A stretch of 63,574 bases of DNA, filler included, from Octopus bimaculoides (Eukaryota): NCBI RefSeq assembly GCF_001194135.2. It is 5 parts of 5 records of this genome, joined end to end, with 100 filler letters (N's around TTAATTAATTAA, not from the genome) between each part and the next. Parts side by side here need not be neighbours in the genome. Positions count along the whole stretch, not along the records: positions 32,658 to 51,246 come from NC_068986.1; positions 51,347 to 62,220 come from NC_068982.1; 3 more parts are not named here. The stretch is one strand, 5' to 3'. Positions 49,995-62,220 of the stretch are shown piece by piece. Position 1 is the first letter of the stretch; the number at the start of each line of letters is the position of its first letter. The notes under the pieces are model-generated. The model saw only the letters and a list, made by a program, of their open reading frames with translations. It searched no databases and had not been told where the DNA came from. The position numbers were made by a program, and so were the translations under genes.

Positions 49995-50400
49995 TTTACT
50001 TGTTTTTGTCATTAGACTGCAGCTATGCTGGGGCACTGTCTTGAAGTTTTAGTCGAACAAATACACCCCAGGACTTATTTTTTAAGTCTATCGGTCTCAT
50101 ATACAGTGTGTTCAAAAAGTCTCTCTGCTGTGAATTTTGTCTCCAAGATGTATTTCAAAACATATGTAAAGTGTAATATATTCTTCTGTAGTCTTATACC
50201 ATCTTATATACATTTATTTTGCAATAAAATACTTACTGCGGAGAGACTTTTTGAACACCCTGTATATACCAAATTACCAAGCAAGCATTTGGTTGCCCCA
50301 ATGCTATAGTAGAAGATACTCGACCAAGGTGTCATGTAGTGGAACTGAACCCAGAACCATGTGGTTGGGAAACATACTTCTTACCACACAACTACGGCTG
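49995..50400 (-). mobile_element. SINE family A containing a nested MITE
   Basis: Family A tail at 50000-50095 and head at 50270-50400. Confidence 0.75.
50104..50262. mobile_element. Tc1/mariner MITE, 159 bp
   Basis: 22-bp TIRs CAG(T/G)GTGTTCAAAAAGTCTCTC, one mismatch, TA on both sides. Confidence 0.9.
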
Positions 50401-50479
50401 TGTGGTGTAATTTCCTCAAGTATTTATTGTTGCTCATTGAGTGGCGTTTGAATTTTACATTTTTGTTCATGTTTAACAG

Positions 50480-50592
50480 ACCCCTCTTTAAAACACACAA
50501 ACGATGGGTTTCAACGGGATTTGAGAACCCGCTTCAGGTCATGATCTTTACTGATCGGTTCATCGTTTGGTTCCACCTTGACGCAGACCTGG
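50480..50592 (+). CDS. Candidate exon: (R)PLFKTHKRWVSTGFENPLQVMIFTDRFIVWFHLDADL
   Basis: Acceptor TTTTGTTCATGTTTAACAG, donor G|GTAATG, open frame, phase-1 exit. Confidence 0.3.
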
Positions 50593-53010
50593 GTAATGAA
50601 TTGTCTATATATCAGTCAATAACCAAATTAAATCATAGGATTGTATAGATTTGGCTGTGAGGGTTGGCAGAAATGTTGCAAAATATTATCGAGTAATTGA
50701 ACGCATTAATTAATTCTGTATATAAAACTATTACTAGACTACTTCGAAATTAATTTGAGGGGTTATAACCTCTACAGAGAACAGACAAGCATAACAATAG
50801 TGATTTCCACTTAGATATGTTTTATTACATGATTTATATGCGTCAATAATGAGGCCATGTCATCTGGCGGAGTTGATTTGCCAAACATTTTGAGTGACTT
50901 CCGTAAAAAGCATAGTCAAGTTGTTAATATTACATATATATATAATAATATATATATACATACATACACATACATACGTACATACACATATACATACATA
51001 TACATGAGCATATACATATATAGTGCGCATATATATACACATATATTCATTTGCCCACTTACACCTTAGTGTTTAAGTGAAAATTAAACATTTCGACTGA
51101 TGTCTTTAGCATGTCAGTACTGCTTACTAATAACCCTTAATTATTAATTGATATTTTTTTTACCGTTATGGGTTTTTTACGCATGCTAAGCCACTGATAT
51201 TATTATAAACAATAATATCCTCATATTTATTTAAATAAATATATATNNNNNNNNNNNNNNNNNNNNNNNNNNNNNNNNNNNNNNNNNNNNTTAATTAATT
51301 AANNNNNNNNNNNNNNNNNNNNNNNNNNNNNNNNNNNNNNNNNNNNATATATATATATATATATAGGTAAATGGATATGTAGGTAAACAGATAAGTAAGT
51401 AGATAGATAGGTACATAGGTAATAAGGACAGATAAGCACACACACACACACATACACAAAAGGAGAGGGAAACACATGACCATACACACACACACACACA
51501 AGGAGACATGGAGACACACATCCATGCATATACATAATCACACGAACCCATACACGTAGACACACTCAAACACGCACACACAAGAAGACAAAGGTATGCT
51601 CACAAATACACACAAACACATGAATATGCAGAATACATACATACAAACGTATACACATGCATACAACACACACATAGGCATACACACATACATACATACA
51701 TACATACATACATACATACGTGTATACACATGCACGCTGATGCACACATGTGCACAAACAAACACAAAAAGAACGCAGCTCTGATAATGGACAGTCAACA
51801 ACTATTGAAGTGGTTGCAAGAAGCAACAAAAATTTTATAAAAGAAAAAAATAACTAAGTAAATGAGTGGAAATTGAACCAGTGAGTGTGTTAATTAATAA
51901 GGCATTAAAACAGAATGACTCTCCCCAGACACAGCAAAATATGCTTCAACACACAAATTCACATAAAGAATCTTACAAACCAAATACAAAAACGAACTGA
52001 AAGTATAGTTGTTTAAGAATGAGAGATAAAGCACTTCTGTTGATAACAGAAACTCTCTATTTGGATAACCAACAGAGGTTTGTTACGTAACAAAATAAAC
52101 ACTAGTATACTTAATGTCGCCTGCATGATAACTTTAATTAATTGCAACTATATCTGTGTCAAAGGGAAATAGTGTTGAGTAATATTTAAGTTAACCAGAG
52201 CGAAGGGAGACGACTCAAAAAAATTTTGAAATGGATTAACTCATCAGAATCTTAATAAATAAAATTGGAAATAGGAAGACAGGAGTGACAGCTCTTGACA
52301 TTTTTAGCTTATTAGAACTCCTCAGTTAAGCATTCATATATCTTCCAGTTTGATATTGAGAAAAGAGTATATATCTCTACTGTATGTAATGTATGCTATT
52401 GTAACAACACAATATAAAGCTTAATGGCAATAATCCAGGGGTGGTAACTGATAACTCTAATAACATATAATAAAAACAGAAGATAACTTTTGTAATGTTT
52501 TATGCAAAAAGTTTGTGGAGACTAAAATATTTCATTTTGTGAAGTTAAGTCTCAATGAATGAAGATGTCATCAAGAGAAACAATTTGTTTCTAATCTAAT
52601 AATGACATTGATCTTATAATTAGTGATGAGGGAGAGAACATAATCTGGAATTTTAATAATAATGGCTTACTTGTAGCTACAAAACTTTTTAAAGGTGTAA
52701 TAAAATAATTCAAGTAAAGCAATTTTCTTCAAGAATGGTTGTTGAGAATAGAAAGTTTTCAAAATAGATATAGATTTGGTTTTAATCAATACTAATTGAT
52801 GACCTAAACCAAAATCCATGTCAAAAGGTCTAACGAACAAGTAATAAACTCATAATTATGGTTTTAATTATAAATCAAATCTTAATGGGAATATCATTAA
52901 GTCTTAAAAATACAATGTGGATGGTTACTATCAACTAATAATTTGATGATTGCATGTCACTGCATTGTTGGGTTTCTTTCTTGTATTGATATCCTGTTTA
53001 TGTTTCTTAG

Positions 53011-53077
53011 AACCAACTTCATCTTTACTAACATTTGGTGGATGTGTTACAAGCAACTTCCTTCATGGAATGCACCG
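53011..53077 (+). CDS. Candidate exon: EPTSSLLTFGGCVTSNFLHGMH(R)
   Basis: Acceptor CCTGTTTATGTTTCTTAG, donor CG|GTAAGA; phase 1 in, phase 2 out. Confidence 0.35.
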
Positions 53078-53344
53078 GTAAGAAGTTTCAACTTGCACTT
53101 TTTTTCTGTTTTATTCATTAATGCCATGTTTCTAAATTTCAGACTGAATCCATTAAAACACAAAATTTATTTCTACCAGTTTCAGTGAATCACTATTAAA
53201 AAGAGAAAACAGTTGATCATGCAAAATTTCATTGACTTTTTCAGATATATTACTCTGTTCTCAACTTTTGCAACTCTCTTGATTTTCATCAGTCCCTTCC
53301 CCCACCCCCAGTCACATGTACTCAATGACATTTTTACTGATTAC

Positions 53345-53722
53345 TCTTTTACTTGTTTCAGTCATTTGACTGTGGCCATGCTGCAGCACTGCCTTTAGTT
53401 GAGCAAATCGACCCCAGGACTTATTCTTTGGAAGCCTAGTACTTATTCTATCGGTCTCTTTTGCTGAACCGCTAAGTTACTGGGACGTAAACACACCAGC
53501 AAGCGATGTTGGGGGGACAAACACAGACACACAAACATATACACACACATACATATATATATATATATGACGTGCTTCTTTCAGTTTCCGTCTACCAAAT
53601 CCACTCACAAGGCTTTGGTCGGCCCAAGGCTATAGTAGAAGACACTTGCCCAAGGTGCCACGCAGTGGGACTGAACCCGGAACAATGTGGTTTGTAAGCA
53701 AGTTACTTACCACACAGCCACA
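53345..53722 (-). mobile_element. SINE family A
   Basis: Full family A structure. Confidence 0.85.
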
Positions 53723-53989
53723 ATCAGCACACAAACCTCTCCAATCAAAATTCTCCAAGCAATTATACTAATATCAATGAACAAAAAATATTGGATTCAT
53801 TTACTGTTTTCTTTTTTGTCATTATATTAATCTCTTCTTTTTGTAAATAAAAGTTAGTCCTAGTAAGGATAGTGTGTTCTGGGGCTGTGCCACAACTTTA
53901 GACCTAAACTTAACCCCTAAGAAAGTTACAGTATTAAAAAAAAACAATGTATGTGAGTGACACTTTAGCCATATAATTTAAAATATATT

Positions 53990-54400
53990 CCTTTATTCTT
54001 TTACTTGTTTGTCATTTGGCTGCAGCCATGCTGGAGCACTGCCTTTAGTCAAACAAATCGATCCCAGGACTTAATCTTTGTAAGCCTAATACTTATTCTA
54101 TCAGTCTCTTTTGCCAAACTGCTAAGTTATGGGGGACATAAGTACACAAGCATCGGTTGTCAAGTGATGGTGGGGGGACAAACATAGACACACAAATACA
54201 TATATATATATATATATATATACATATATACATACATACATGACAGGCTTCTTTCAGTTTTCATCTACCGAATCCACTCACAAGGCTTTGGTCAATCCGA
54301 GGCTATAGGAGAAGACGCTTGCCCAAGGTGCCACATGGTAGGACTGAACCTGGAACCATGATATTGAGAAGCAAGCTTCTTATCCCATACTCCTGCGCTT
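53990..54400 (-). mobile_element. SINE family A (CpG-decayed)
   Basis: Full structure with CG to TG/CA changes relative to 42960-43395. Confidence 0.85.
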
Positions 54401-55074
54401 ATGTATAAGTTCTTGTATTTATAGTTCTTTTATGGTGAAATATTGTGAGGAAAACCTTAACAGCAAGATAAAAAATGTGATTTATGAGGTTTGGTTGAGT
54501 AATAGATTAATAGAGTAATTTAGGTTGCCAATATAATAGTTAGTGTAGTTTCTATATTTTATGTATATATTACATAAGGCATGAACAATTTTGTAACTCT
54601 GTAATGAAAGTGGTTTTCATTACAAGAAAGATGATACAGATAATTTGACTTCAGTGGTCACATCTGAGAGCATCAGAATGGTCATACATCTAGGATTTAT
54701 ATCACGGAAATCTAATAGTTTTAAACTTATTTATTTATTACTCCAAAGAGAAAGTGTTCTGTTTATTACTTTACGCTCTCCTTTTGTTAAAAACTGTACA
54801 AGTTTAGTACGAAATCTTGGGGTGAATCAGAAATAGGAGTTACTAAGATGAGAAGAGATAAAACTATTGTAGAATCATTAAAAGATACAGTAAGAGGACA
54901 CAACTGACTTGTGAGCCAAGGATTGTTGATTAGTGTTAATGTAGCATTGCTTTTAAGTTGGATGGAATTTCTCTTGGATGAGATTGAAGATATAAACAAA
55001 GTTTCAGAAAGTCTATCATCTACATTAAATCAAGCAGAGTTTGTATTTAATTTTAAAAAAATTACTTGTTAATT

Positions 55075-55400
55075 CTTACAGTTCTGTATTTAAGAGATGA
55101 GGAATTATGTACATAATTTACATTATTTACATTTGACAGATATTTGTCCTCATCTTGTTTGTTGTTAACACAACGTTTTGGTTGATATACCCTCCAGCCT
55201 TCATCAGGTGTCTTGGGGAAATTTCGAACCTGGGTTCTCATTCCTAAGTTATTTTTCGGTGTTGCTATTATTATTATTATTATGATTATTATTATTATTA
55301 TTCAGATCACTGCCTGGAACTTGGAATCTTAGGGTTAGTAGCCTGTGCTCTTAACCACTATGCCATGTACCCGTGGGCATATTCTTATTTAAATTACTGT
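55075..55400 (-). mobile_element. Penelope-type terminal repeat with hammerhead motif
   Basis: Contains CTGATGAAGG...AAAACGTT; T-rich tail. Confidence 0.6.
55167..55212 (-). ncRNA. Decayed minimal hammerhead motif
   Basis: GACAC-CTGATGA-A-GGCTG(10 nt)CAACC-AAAA-CG-TT-GTGTT; the expected GAAA reads AAAA. Confidence 0.4.
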
Positions 55401-55466
55401 ATTTTCACTGTATTTTGTTGACTAACCACATAGGGTGACTTAGTGATTTACTTTCTTATTTTATAG

Positions 55467-55560
55467 GTGTTACTGTGAGAAAGAACGTGGAATGGCCAAG
55501 CATCAACTAATATCAAATCAAATGAAAAAATTATCATTCTCTGAAGATCAACCTGCCCAA
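55467..55560 (+). CDS. Candidate exon: (R)CYCEKERGMAKHQLISNQMKKLSFSEDQPAQ
   Basis: Acceptor TTACTTTCTTATTTTATAG; only phase-2 entry is open through to the donor, matching the 53011 exon; donors at 55561 (GTAGGT) or 55565 (GTAAAA). Confidence 0.4.
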
Positions 55561-55599
55561 GTAGGTAAAATCACTAATGACAGTTTTTTTTTTATTGAG

Positions 55600-57170
55600 A
55601 TAATGGGACATATTGGGTAGAGTATTGAGGGTTTATTCCCATGTAGTTTAAGAAGCACCTGGATTATTCCCCTAATATTCATAGTTTCAGTTGTCTGTAA
55701 AAGTATTTAAAAAAACGTGTATACTTCTTGTTTGTCTTAAAAACAATTTGGATTTTGTAAGGTTAACAGAAAGTTTTTCTGTGTCTCTGTGATTTGTTGT
55801 TGGCTAATAACAGCAAGTAGCTATGAGGTTTTCATATCATATATAATCAATAGCTTTGCTGCAATACTTTTTGCAAAACTACCAAAGTTAGTAGTTGCTT
55901 ATCTTGAAAATGGGACAATGACATTCATCATGTGTTTGTGTAGGTTAGGATAGATTCCTGCAGATAGAGGAGTCAAAGGTTTGATGTGTATAGGAGCTAA
56001 CTCTGATTGTTTGCAGGTAATGGAATATACATCAGAAGTTGAGTTAGTGTGATGAGGAAAATTTTTGCATTTGATAACTATACATTGTTGCAAAGCTGGG
56101 ATCTGGAGAGGAGTTTGGGAAGGAATTTGTTATTAACATATGCAGTTTAGAGTTAGAGGCAAATATGGTTTTTATCTCAGTACCTTCCTCTTGGAAAGGA
56201 CCAGAAGTTTTTAATAATGTAGTCATTCAGTACAAATGCATTCTTTATTTTTCAGATGGTCTTTTGTAGGTGTTACTGATAGGTTGGCACTTTGCTGTGG
56301 TGATGTTCATTGACTTCCTCCTGAGGTTATAAGTAGTGTTCTTCACTTGTATGGTTATAGTACATCTGCAACTGAACTGTTTGCATGTTTTGCAGTTGTG
56401 ATCTTTGTGTTAGGATAGTGCAGGAACATAACAAAAAGAATGGTATCAATCATTTTCTTAGCTATCTCAGAATTTTGGCATTGAGCTGTCATAGACTGGA
56501 CATATTGCACTCATTCCACTGTTCTCTCTGTTTCTATATATCAGCAGATTCTGCTCCTCTGTACTTTTCATTGCATCTGTGCATCCCAAGTTTGAGACTG
56601 GTAGGGCTATTTGTGTAGCTGCTATTTCTCTTCATGTTTTCCATATGCTTGTTGTGCATGTATTTGGAGGTGATTTTTTTATTATAGTGGCAGTGATTGT
56701 GAGAGTTAAAGCTTGCTGCAAATTGTACCCTCATGTGTCTAGATGATCTGTTGTATTTTTGTTTCATTGTGTATGTAGTCTCTATGCAACCTCTGTACAA
56801 CATTTCAATGTTCCTTGTAGTTTATTATGAGTTGTGAAATGCTTATGCCAGTCAGAACTGACATAATCTAATTTGGATCTAATGTAGTGTTTGTACACCA
56901 TTGTTGTTCCTACTTTCTATTACCAAATATGGGGCCTATAATTTCTCTGAGTATATCTGCATTGTACTACTTTCTTTACTGTTTTCTCCTTAGTAAAGAA
57001 TGAATTGTGAATGTTTGAGTTTAATATTTCCTTATTACTTTCTGGGTAGAAGTGTATTTTTCAGTTTTTGTTCCTGTTTTCTTTTTGGAATGTTCTGTAG
57101 CTTCTTTTTAAAAAAAACATCTTATAAGTACTTTTGCTTAGTGGCTGCAGTACAGGTATGTTATTTGAGG
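55600..57170 (-). mobile_element. Heavily decayed retroelement body, probably Penelope-like
   Basis: A/C-rich minus strand with broken ORF-like frames, next to a Penelope-type repeat; motifs barely recognisable. Confidence 0.35.
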
Positions 57171-57184
57171 TCGTTAATGTGATA

Positions 57185-57510
57185 GGAGCACTCTGTCGGT
57201 TAGTTACGACGACAAGGGTCCCAGCTGATCCGATCAATGGAACAGCTTGCTCGTGAAATTAACGTGCAAGTGACTGAGCAATCCACAGACACGTGTACCC
57301 CTAACGTAGTTCTCGGGGATATTCAGCGTGACACAGAGTGACAAGGCTGGCTCTTTGAAATACAGTTACTACTCAATTTTGCCAGCTGAGTGAACTGGAG
57401 CAACGTGAAATAAAGTGTCTTGCTCAAGGACACAACGCATCACAGGGAATTGAACTCACGACCTTACAATCATGAGCCGAATGCCCTAACCACTAAGCCA
57501 TGTGCCTTCT
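57185..57510 (-). mobile_element. SINE family B
   Basis: Reverse complement of 39885-40207. Confidence 0.85.
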
Positions 57511-57529
57511 GTTAATGTGATAATGGATC

Positions 57530-57740
57530 ATCATCAGCATCATCATTTAATGTCTATTTTCCATGCTGGCATGGGTTGGATAGTTAAACAGGAGCTGACT
57601 AAGTCAGGAACTGTACCAGGTTCCATTGTCTGTTTTGGCATGTTTTCTACAGCTGGATACCCTTCCTAACACCAACCTCTTTACTGAGTGTACTGGGTGC
57701 TTTTTTATGTGACACCAGCCCCAGTGCTTTGTATGTAGTA
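57530..57740 (-). mobile_element. Older RTE 3' UTR copy
   Basis: CATCATTTAATGTC..TTTTCCATGCTGGCATGGGTTGGA; CTACAGCTGGAT.CCCTTCCTAAC. Confidence 0.7.
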
Positions 57741-58594
57741 CTTATTGTTGATGATGATTATGTTAATTACTCTATATTTCTCTGTTTGTTTTGTGGTTTA
57801 TGTTGATACAAATGTTGGTCATTTTTCTGTTGTTCTGTGATTTATTCTTCACTGTTTCTTTGTTTAGTTTGATACTGTGTTTTATTTCTGTTATATATGG
57901 TGTTGGTATATTGTATTTGAGATTGTCTTTGGTTATTAATGAGTTCAATTATTTCTGATATGTAATTTGGGGCATATTTATTAAGTTGCTTTGTGGGATG
58001 TAGTTTTGAGATTCATTTGTAATTACTTAGTTGAATCTGTGTACTGCAGTGGTGTTTATGTTGGTAATTGTGGTATTGTCAATTCTGGTTTCACTGGGCT
58101 TTTTTGAAACCTGTTAAAGTGTATATATATATATATTGTAATGATAGCAAGTAGTTGATAAGAGACATGGCTGATTCTTTGTCATGTGCTTGTAGTTACT
58201 AGGTGTGTGAAGTAGAAGGTGGCATCTGTGGAAGAATGATTGTAGTTCATTTGTTGAAATGTGTGTGTTGGTGTGTATTGTTTAAGAAGTAAAGGGAGTT
58301 TAGTTGCAATGCTATTTATTGTTATGAGGTATATGTTGGTTTATTGGCAGATTAGGTTGAGATGTATTTTATTCTGTTTATGTAAACATTTCTAGTGTTA
58401 CTGTAAAGTTTAGTTTTGGCTTGAAATCTAAAGTAACAAGGTTTTGTCCTAAAGAAGTAGACTATTCTGATTTTCGTTTTCTTTAGAGGTTTTTTTCAAA
58501 CATACTGTACTTGTCATATTGCACTTTGAATTAACACTAAGTTAATACTTACATACTCATAACAGATTTAATTATTATTTATGTGTATACTTAG

Positions 58595-58760
58595 TTATGA
58601 CCCTTACATTCTGAGTTCGAATTCATCCAGAGTCGACATCGCCTGCTCTCATTCTGGGAGTAGATAAAAGTACCAGCCAAGTACTGGGGTTAGTATAATT
58701 GTCTCTTTCTTTCAACAAAAATGTTGGTCTTTCTACTTTCTTAAGAAATCATTATTATTG
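58595..58760 (+). mobile_element. SINE family C (degenerate)
   Basis: ATTCTGAGTTCGAATTC..CCAGAGTCGAC; AAAGTACCAG. Confidence 0.55.
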
Positions 58761-58942
58761 ATGCATATGTCCATGTGAGTGGGTTTGTGTACTCATGCAT
58801 GTGTGAGCATGCATCTGCATTTGTACATGTATTGTTAAGCAGGACCTTCCAACAATAGGGCTTCAGTATTCAGATTGCTTAGCTAACTATTCTAAATTCA
58901 TTCTCTCTCTCTCTTATACACATGCACATGCATGCACACGTG

Positions 58943-58976
<34 letters not shown>

Positions 58977-59138
58977 CACGCATGTGATCTTCTATTCTGT
59001 TTCTCAGCTAGTAATAGTTTTCTAAAATACTAATTCCAATGATTATCTCATGAAATTAAGAACGATATTACCACAGTCCCTATCCTTCAGATTTGATCTT
59101 AAAGATAAATTTTTCCATTACTAAACTTTATTTTTCAG

Positions 59139-59231
59139 TTCAGTTATGGTCAAGATATTCTTACCAGCTTCATGCAGTACACTCTTGAAAACTTTGTGTT
59201 TTTTATCAAACAGCTAATTATAACCATTCCG
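59139..59231 (+). CDS. Candidate exon: FSYGQDILTSFMQYTLENFVFFIKQLIITIP
   Basis: Acceptor AAACTTTATTTTTCAG; phase-0 entry fits the 55560 exit; donor GTTTGT is weak. Confidence 0.25.
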
Positions 59232-59504
59232 GTTTGTAATTCCATTTTATGTCCTGAGGCTTGGTTTTTTTTTTTCTCAATTTTTAATGATTTTTAATTC
59301 ATCTTTTAACTTTCAGCCATTTTTGGGGTATTTATTTATTTATTTATTTATTTGTGAGGGTTTCAAATATTTTCTGTAATATTTTTCTCTGCTTTTCTCT
59401 TTTTGTTTTCTTCTTTTTTCATTTGGGTTTCCTTTCTCTATCTTGGCCTTTGGTTTCTCTATTGGTATTTATTAAGAAAATGTTTTTTTTGCCTAATACT
59501 CTAT

Positions 59505-59685
59505 ATAGGTGCAGGCATTGCTGTGTGGTAAGAAGCTTGCTTCTCAACCACATGGTTCTGGGTTCAGTCCCACTGTGTGGCATCTTGGGCAAGTGTCTTC
59601 TACTATAGCCTCAGGCTGACCAAACCCTTATGAATGGATTTGGTAGATGGAAACTGAAAGAAGCCAGTTGTGTGTGTGTGTATAT
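59505..59685 (+). mobile_element. SINE family A, 5' half
   Basis: Family A head. Confidence 0.8.
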
Positions 59686-62062
59686 CATCATCATCGTTTT
59701 ACGTCCGTTTTCTATGCTAGCATGGGTTGGACAGTTCAACCAGGGTCTGGGAAGCCAGGAGGCTGCACCAGGCTCCAGTCTGATTTGGCAGTGTTTCTAC
59801 AGCTGGATGCCCTTCCTAACACCAACCACTCTGTGAATGTAGTGGGTGCCTTTTACGTGCCACCAGCACAAGGGCTAGAGCAGGCCGGCAACAGCCATGA
59901 TTGGTTGGTGCTTTTTACGTGTCACCGGCATGGAAGCCAGTCAAGGCAGCACTGGCATCGGCCACATTTGGATAGTGCTTTTTACATGCCACCGGCACAT
60001 GTCTCACAACTACAATTTCCATTTGATTTTTATTTTGGTGTTGATGTACTTGACTCAAGATCTCCTCAAGCATAGCAGGATGCCCTATGATCCAAGGTAC
60101 TTGAATGGGCTGGGGCTGGTTATGTGAATTATTTGTCGGGTCTTCGCAGTCACAGCATATCTCCAGAGGTCTCGATCTTTCATCATTGCCTCTGAGACCC
60201 AACATTTGAAGGTCATGCTTGACCACCTCATCCCATGTCTTCCTGGGTCTGCCTCTACCTTGGATTCCTTCAACTGTTTGGGAGTGGCACTTCTTCACAC
60301 ATCTCTCCTCATCCATCCATAGTACATGACCATACCAGCGCAGACATCTCTCTTGCATGCCACATCCGATGCTTCTTATGTCCAACATTTCTCTCAGGGC
60401 GCTTACACTCTGTCGTGTGTGCACACTGACATTACACATCCATCGCATCATGCTAGCTTAATTTCTTTCGAGCCTATGCACGTCCTCCACAGTCACGGCC
60501 CATGTTTCACTGCTGTGAAGCTTGGCAGTTTGCACACATGTATCGTACAATCTACCTTTCACTATGAGTGAGAGACCCTTTGTCACCAGTAGGAGTAGAA
60601 GCTTTCTAAACTTTGCCCAGGCTATTCTTATTCTAGTGGTAACACTCTCTGAGCATCCACCCCCACTACTAACTTGGTCACCTTGGTAGCAGAAGCTATC
60701 AACTACTTCTAGTTTCTCTCCCTGAAGTGTGATGGAATCTGTTTTCTGAGCATCTGTGGTGTTTATTGCTCCTGTGCATCTGCTGCACTTAGACACTTTC
60801 TTCTCAGTTAATCTTCCTTTGATGTTGCTTCATCTCTTATGTGTCCATAGCTTACACTGGGTACATCGTATGGAGTTTCTACCTACACCTTTTCTACACT
60901 TCGAGCAGGGCCACCTACCTGAAGGTGTGTGTGATGAGTTTGCCTTCTTACTTACTAGAACTTTGGTCTTTGCTACATTGACTCTAAGGCCTCTTGATTC
61001 TAAACCTTGCTTCCAAACCTGAAATTTATTTTCTAATTCCGGTAGTGTTTCTGCTATGAGGGCCATGTCATCAACATAGACGAGCTCCCAGGGACAACCC
61101 GTCTTGAATTCCTCTGTTATTGCCTGGAGGACTATGATGAATAAAAGGGGACTGAGGGCTGAACCTTGGTGGACCCCTACTTCTACCCGGAATTCTTCAC
61201 TATACTCATTGCCAATCCTAACCTTACTAACAGCCTCTCTGTATAGGGCCTGTACAGCCCTTATTAACCATTTGTCAATCTCCAGTTTCTGCATTGCCCA
61301 CCAGATAAGGGATCGGGGGAGCCTGTCAAAGGCTTTCTCCAAGTCCACAAAAGCTAAGTATAGGGGTTTATCTTTAGCTAGGGATTTCTCCTGCAGTTGT
61401 TGAACCAGGAATATGGCATCAGTTGTGCTTCTACCTGGCACAAAACTGAACTGAATCTCATCTAAGCAGACTCTCTCCTGAATGAGATGGGCTATGGCCC
61501 TCTCCGTGACCTTCATCACCTGATCCAGCAGTTTGATACTCCTGTAGTTATTTCTATCTAGAGTATCGCCTTTACCATTGTAGCAGTTGACTATGGTGCT
61601 GCTACGCCAGTCATTGGGTATGACTCCATCATGAACTACCTGGTCTACAATGCAGGTGACTAAGCCATAGCCCACACCACCAGATGTTTTAAGCATCTCA
61701 GCAGTGATTCCTGATGGGCCGGGGGCTTTTCCTGGATTCAAACCCTTAATTGCTTTATCTACCAGGGAGCTGTCTATTCGGATAGCTGGTCCCTCTACTC
61801 GGTCAACATTTGGCAGGCTCTCCTCTCATTCATTCTCCACATTCAGCAGTCTTTCATAATGGCTTCTCTAAGCCTCTTTCTTTTCCGAATCATTAAAAGC
61901 AAGTGCACCATCATCCATGCAGACACATTTCTCTCCTGTGACATCACAATTTTCTCTCACACACTGTCTTGCAATCCGAAATACCTCAGTTCTTTGGTCC
62001 TCACATAACTGGACATTGGCAAACTTCTTCTTTTCTGCTTCACCTTTGGCTATGTATACCTG
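59686..62062 (-). mobile_element. 5'-truncated RTE-clade LINE, about 2.4 kb
   Basis: Consecutive minus-strand ORFs with RT, SLRWYGHV/GRGRPRKTW C-terminus, 3' UTR with subrepeats and (GAT)n tail. Confidence 0.95.
60830..61741 (-). CDS. Reverse transcriptase domain of RTE LINE (disrupted ORF2)
   Basis: KAPGPSG, NYRSIKLL, GRSTTDAIF, FVDLEKAFD, GVHQGSALSPLLF, YVDDM (YADD variant). Confidence 0.93.
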   Translation of the reverse strand: MNPGKAPGPSGITAEMLKTSGGVGYGLVTCIVDQVVHDGVIPNDWRSSTIVNCYNGKGDTLDRNNYRSIKLLDQVMKVTERAIAHLIQERVCLDEIQFSFVPGRSTTDAIFLVQQLQEKSLAKDKPLYLAFVDLEKAFDRLPRSLIWWAMQKLEIDKWLIRAVQALYREAVSKVRIGNEYSEEFRVEVGVHQGSALSPLLFIIVLQAITEEFKTGCPWELVYVDDMALIAETLPELENKFQVWKQGLESRGLRVNVAKTKVLVSKKANSSHTPSGRWPCSKCRKGVGRNSIRCTQCKLWTHKR

Positions 62063-62064
62063 CT

Positions 62065-62220
62065 GCCCTGTTTCAGTCATTTGACTGTGGCCATGCTGGA
62101 GCAGCACCTTTAGTCGAACAAATTGACCCCAGGACTTATTCTTTGTAAGCCTAGTACTTATTCTATTGGTCTCTTTTGCCGACCTGCTAAGTTGCGGGGA
62201 CATAAACACATCAATATCAG
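62065..62220 (-). mobile_element. SINE family A 3' half at the RTE truncation point
   Basis: TTTCAGTCATTTGACTGTGGCCATGCTGGAGC tail. Confidence 0.8.

Noticed and set aside
54787-55030. Ser-rich minus-strand ORF after an AG
   Set aside because: Weak acceptor, no partner exons, and strand skew favours plus-strand transcription here.
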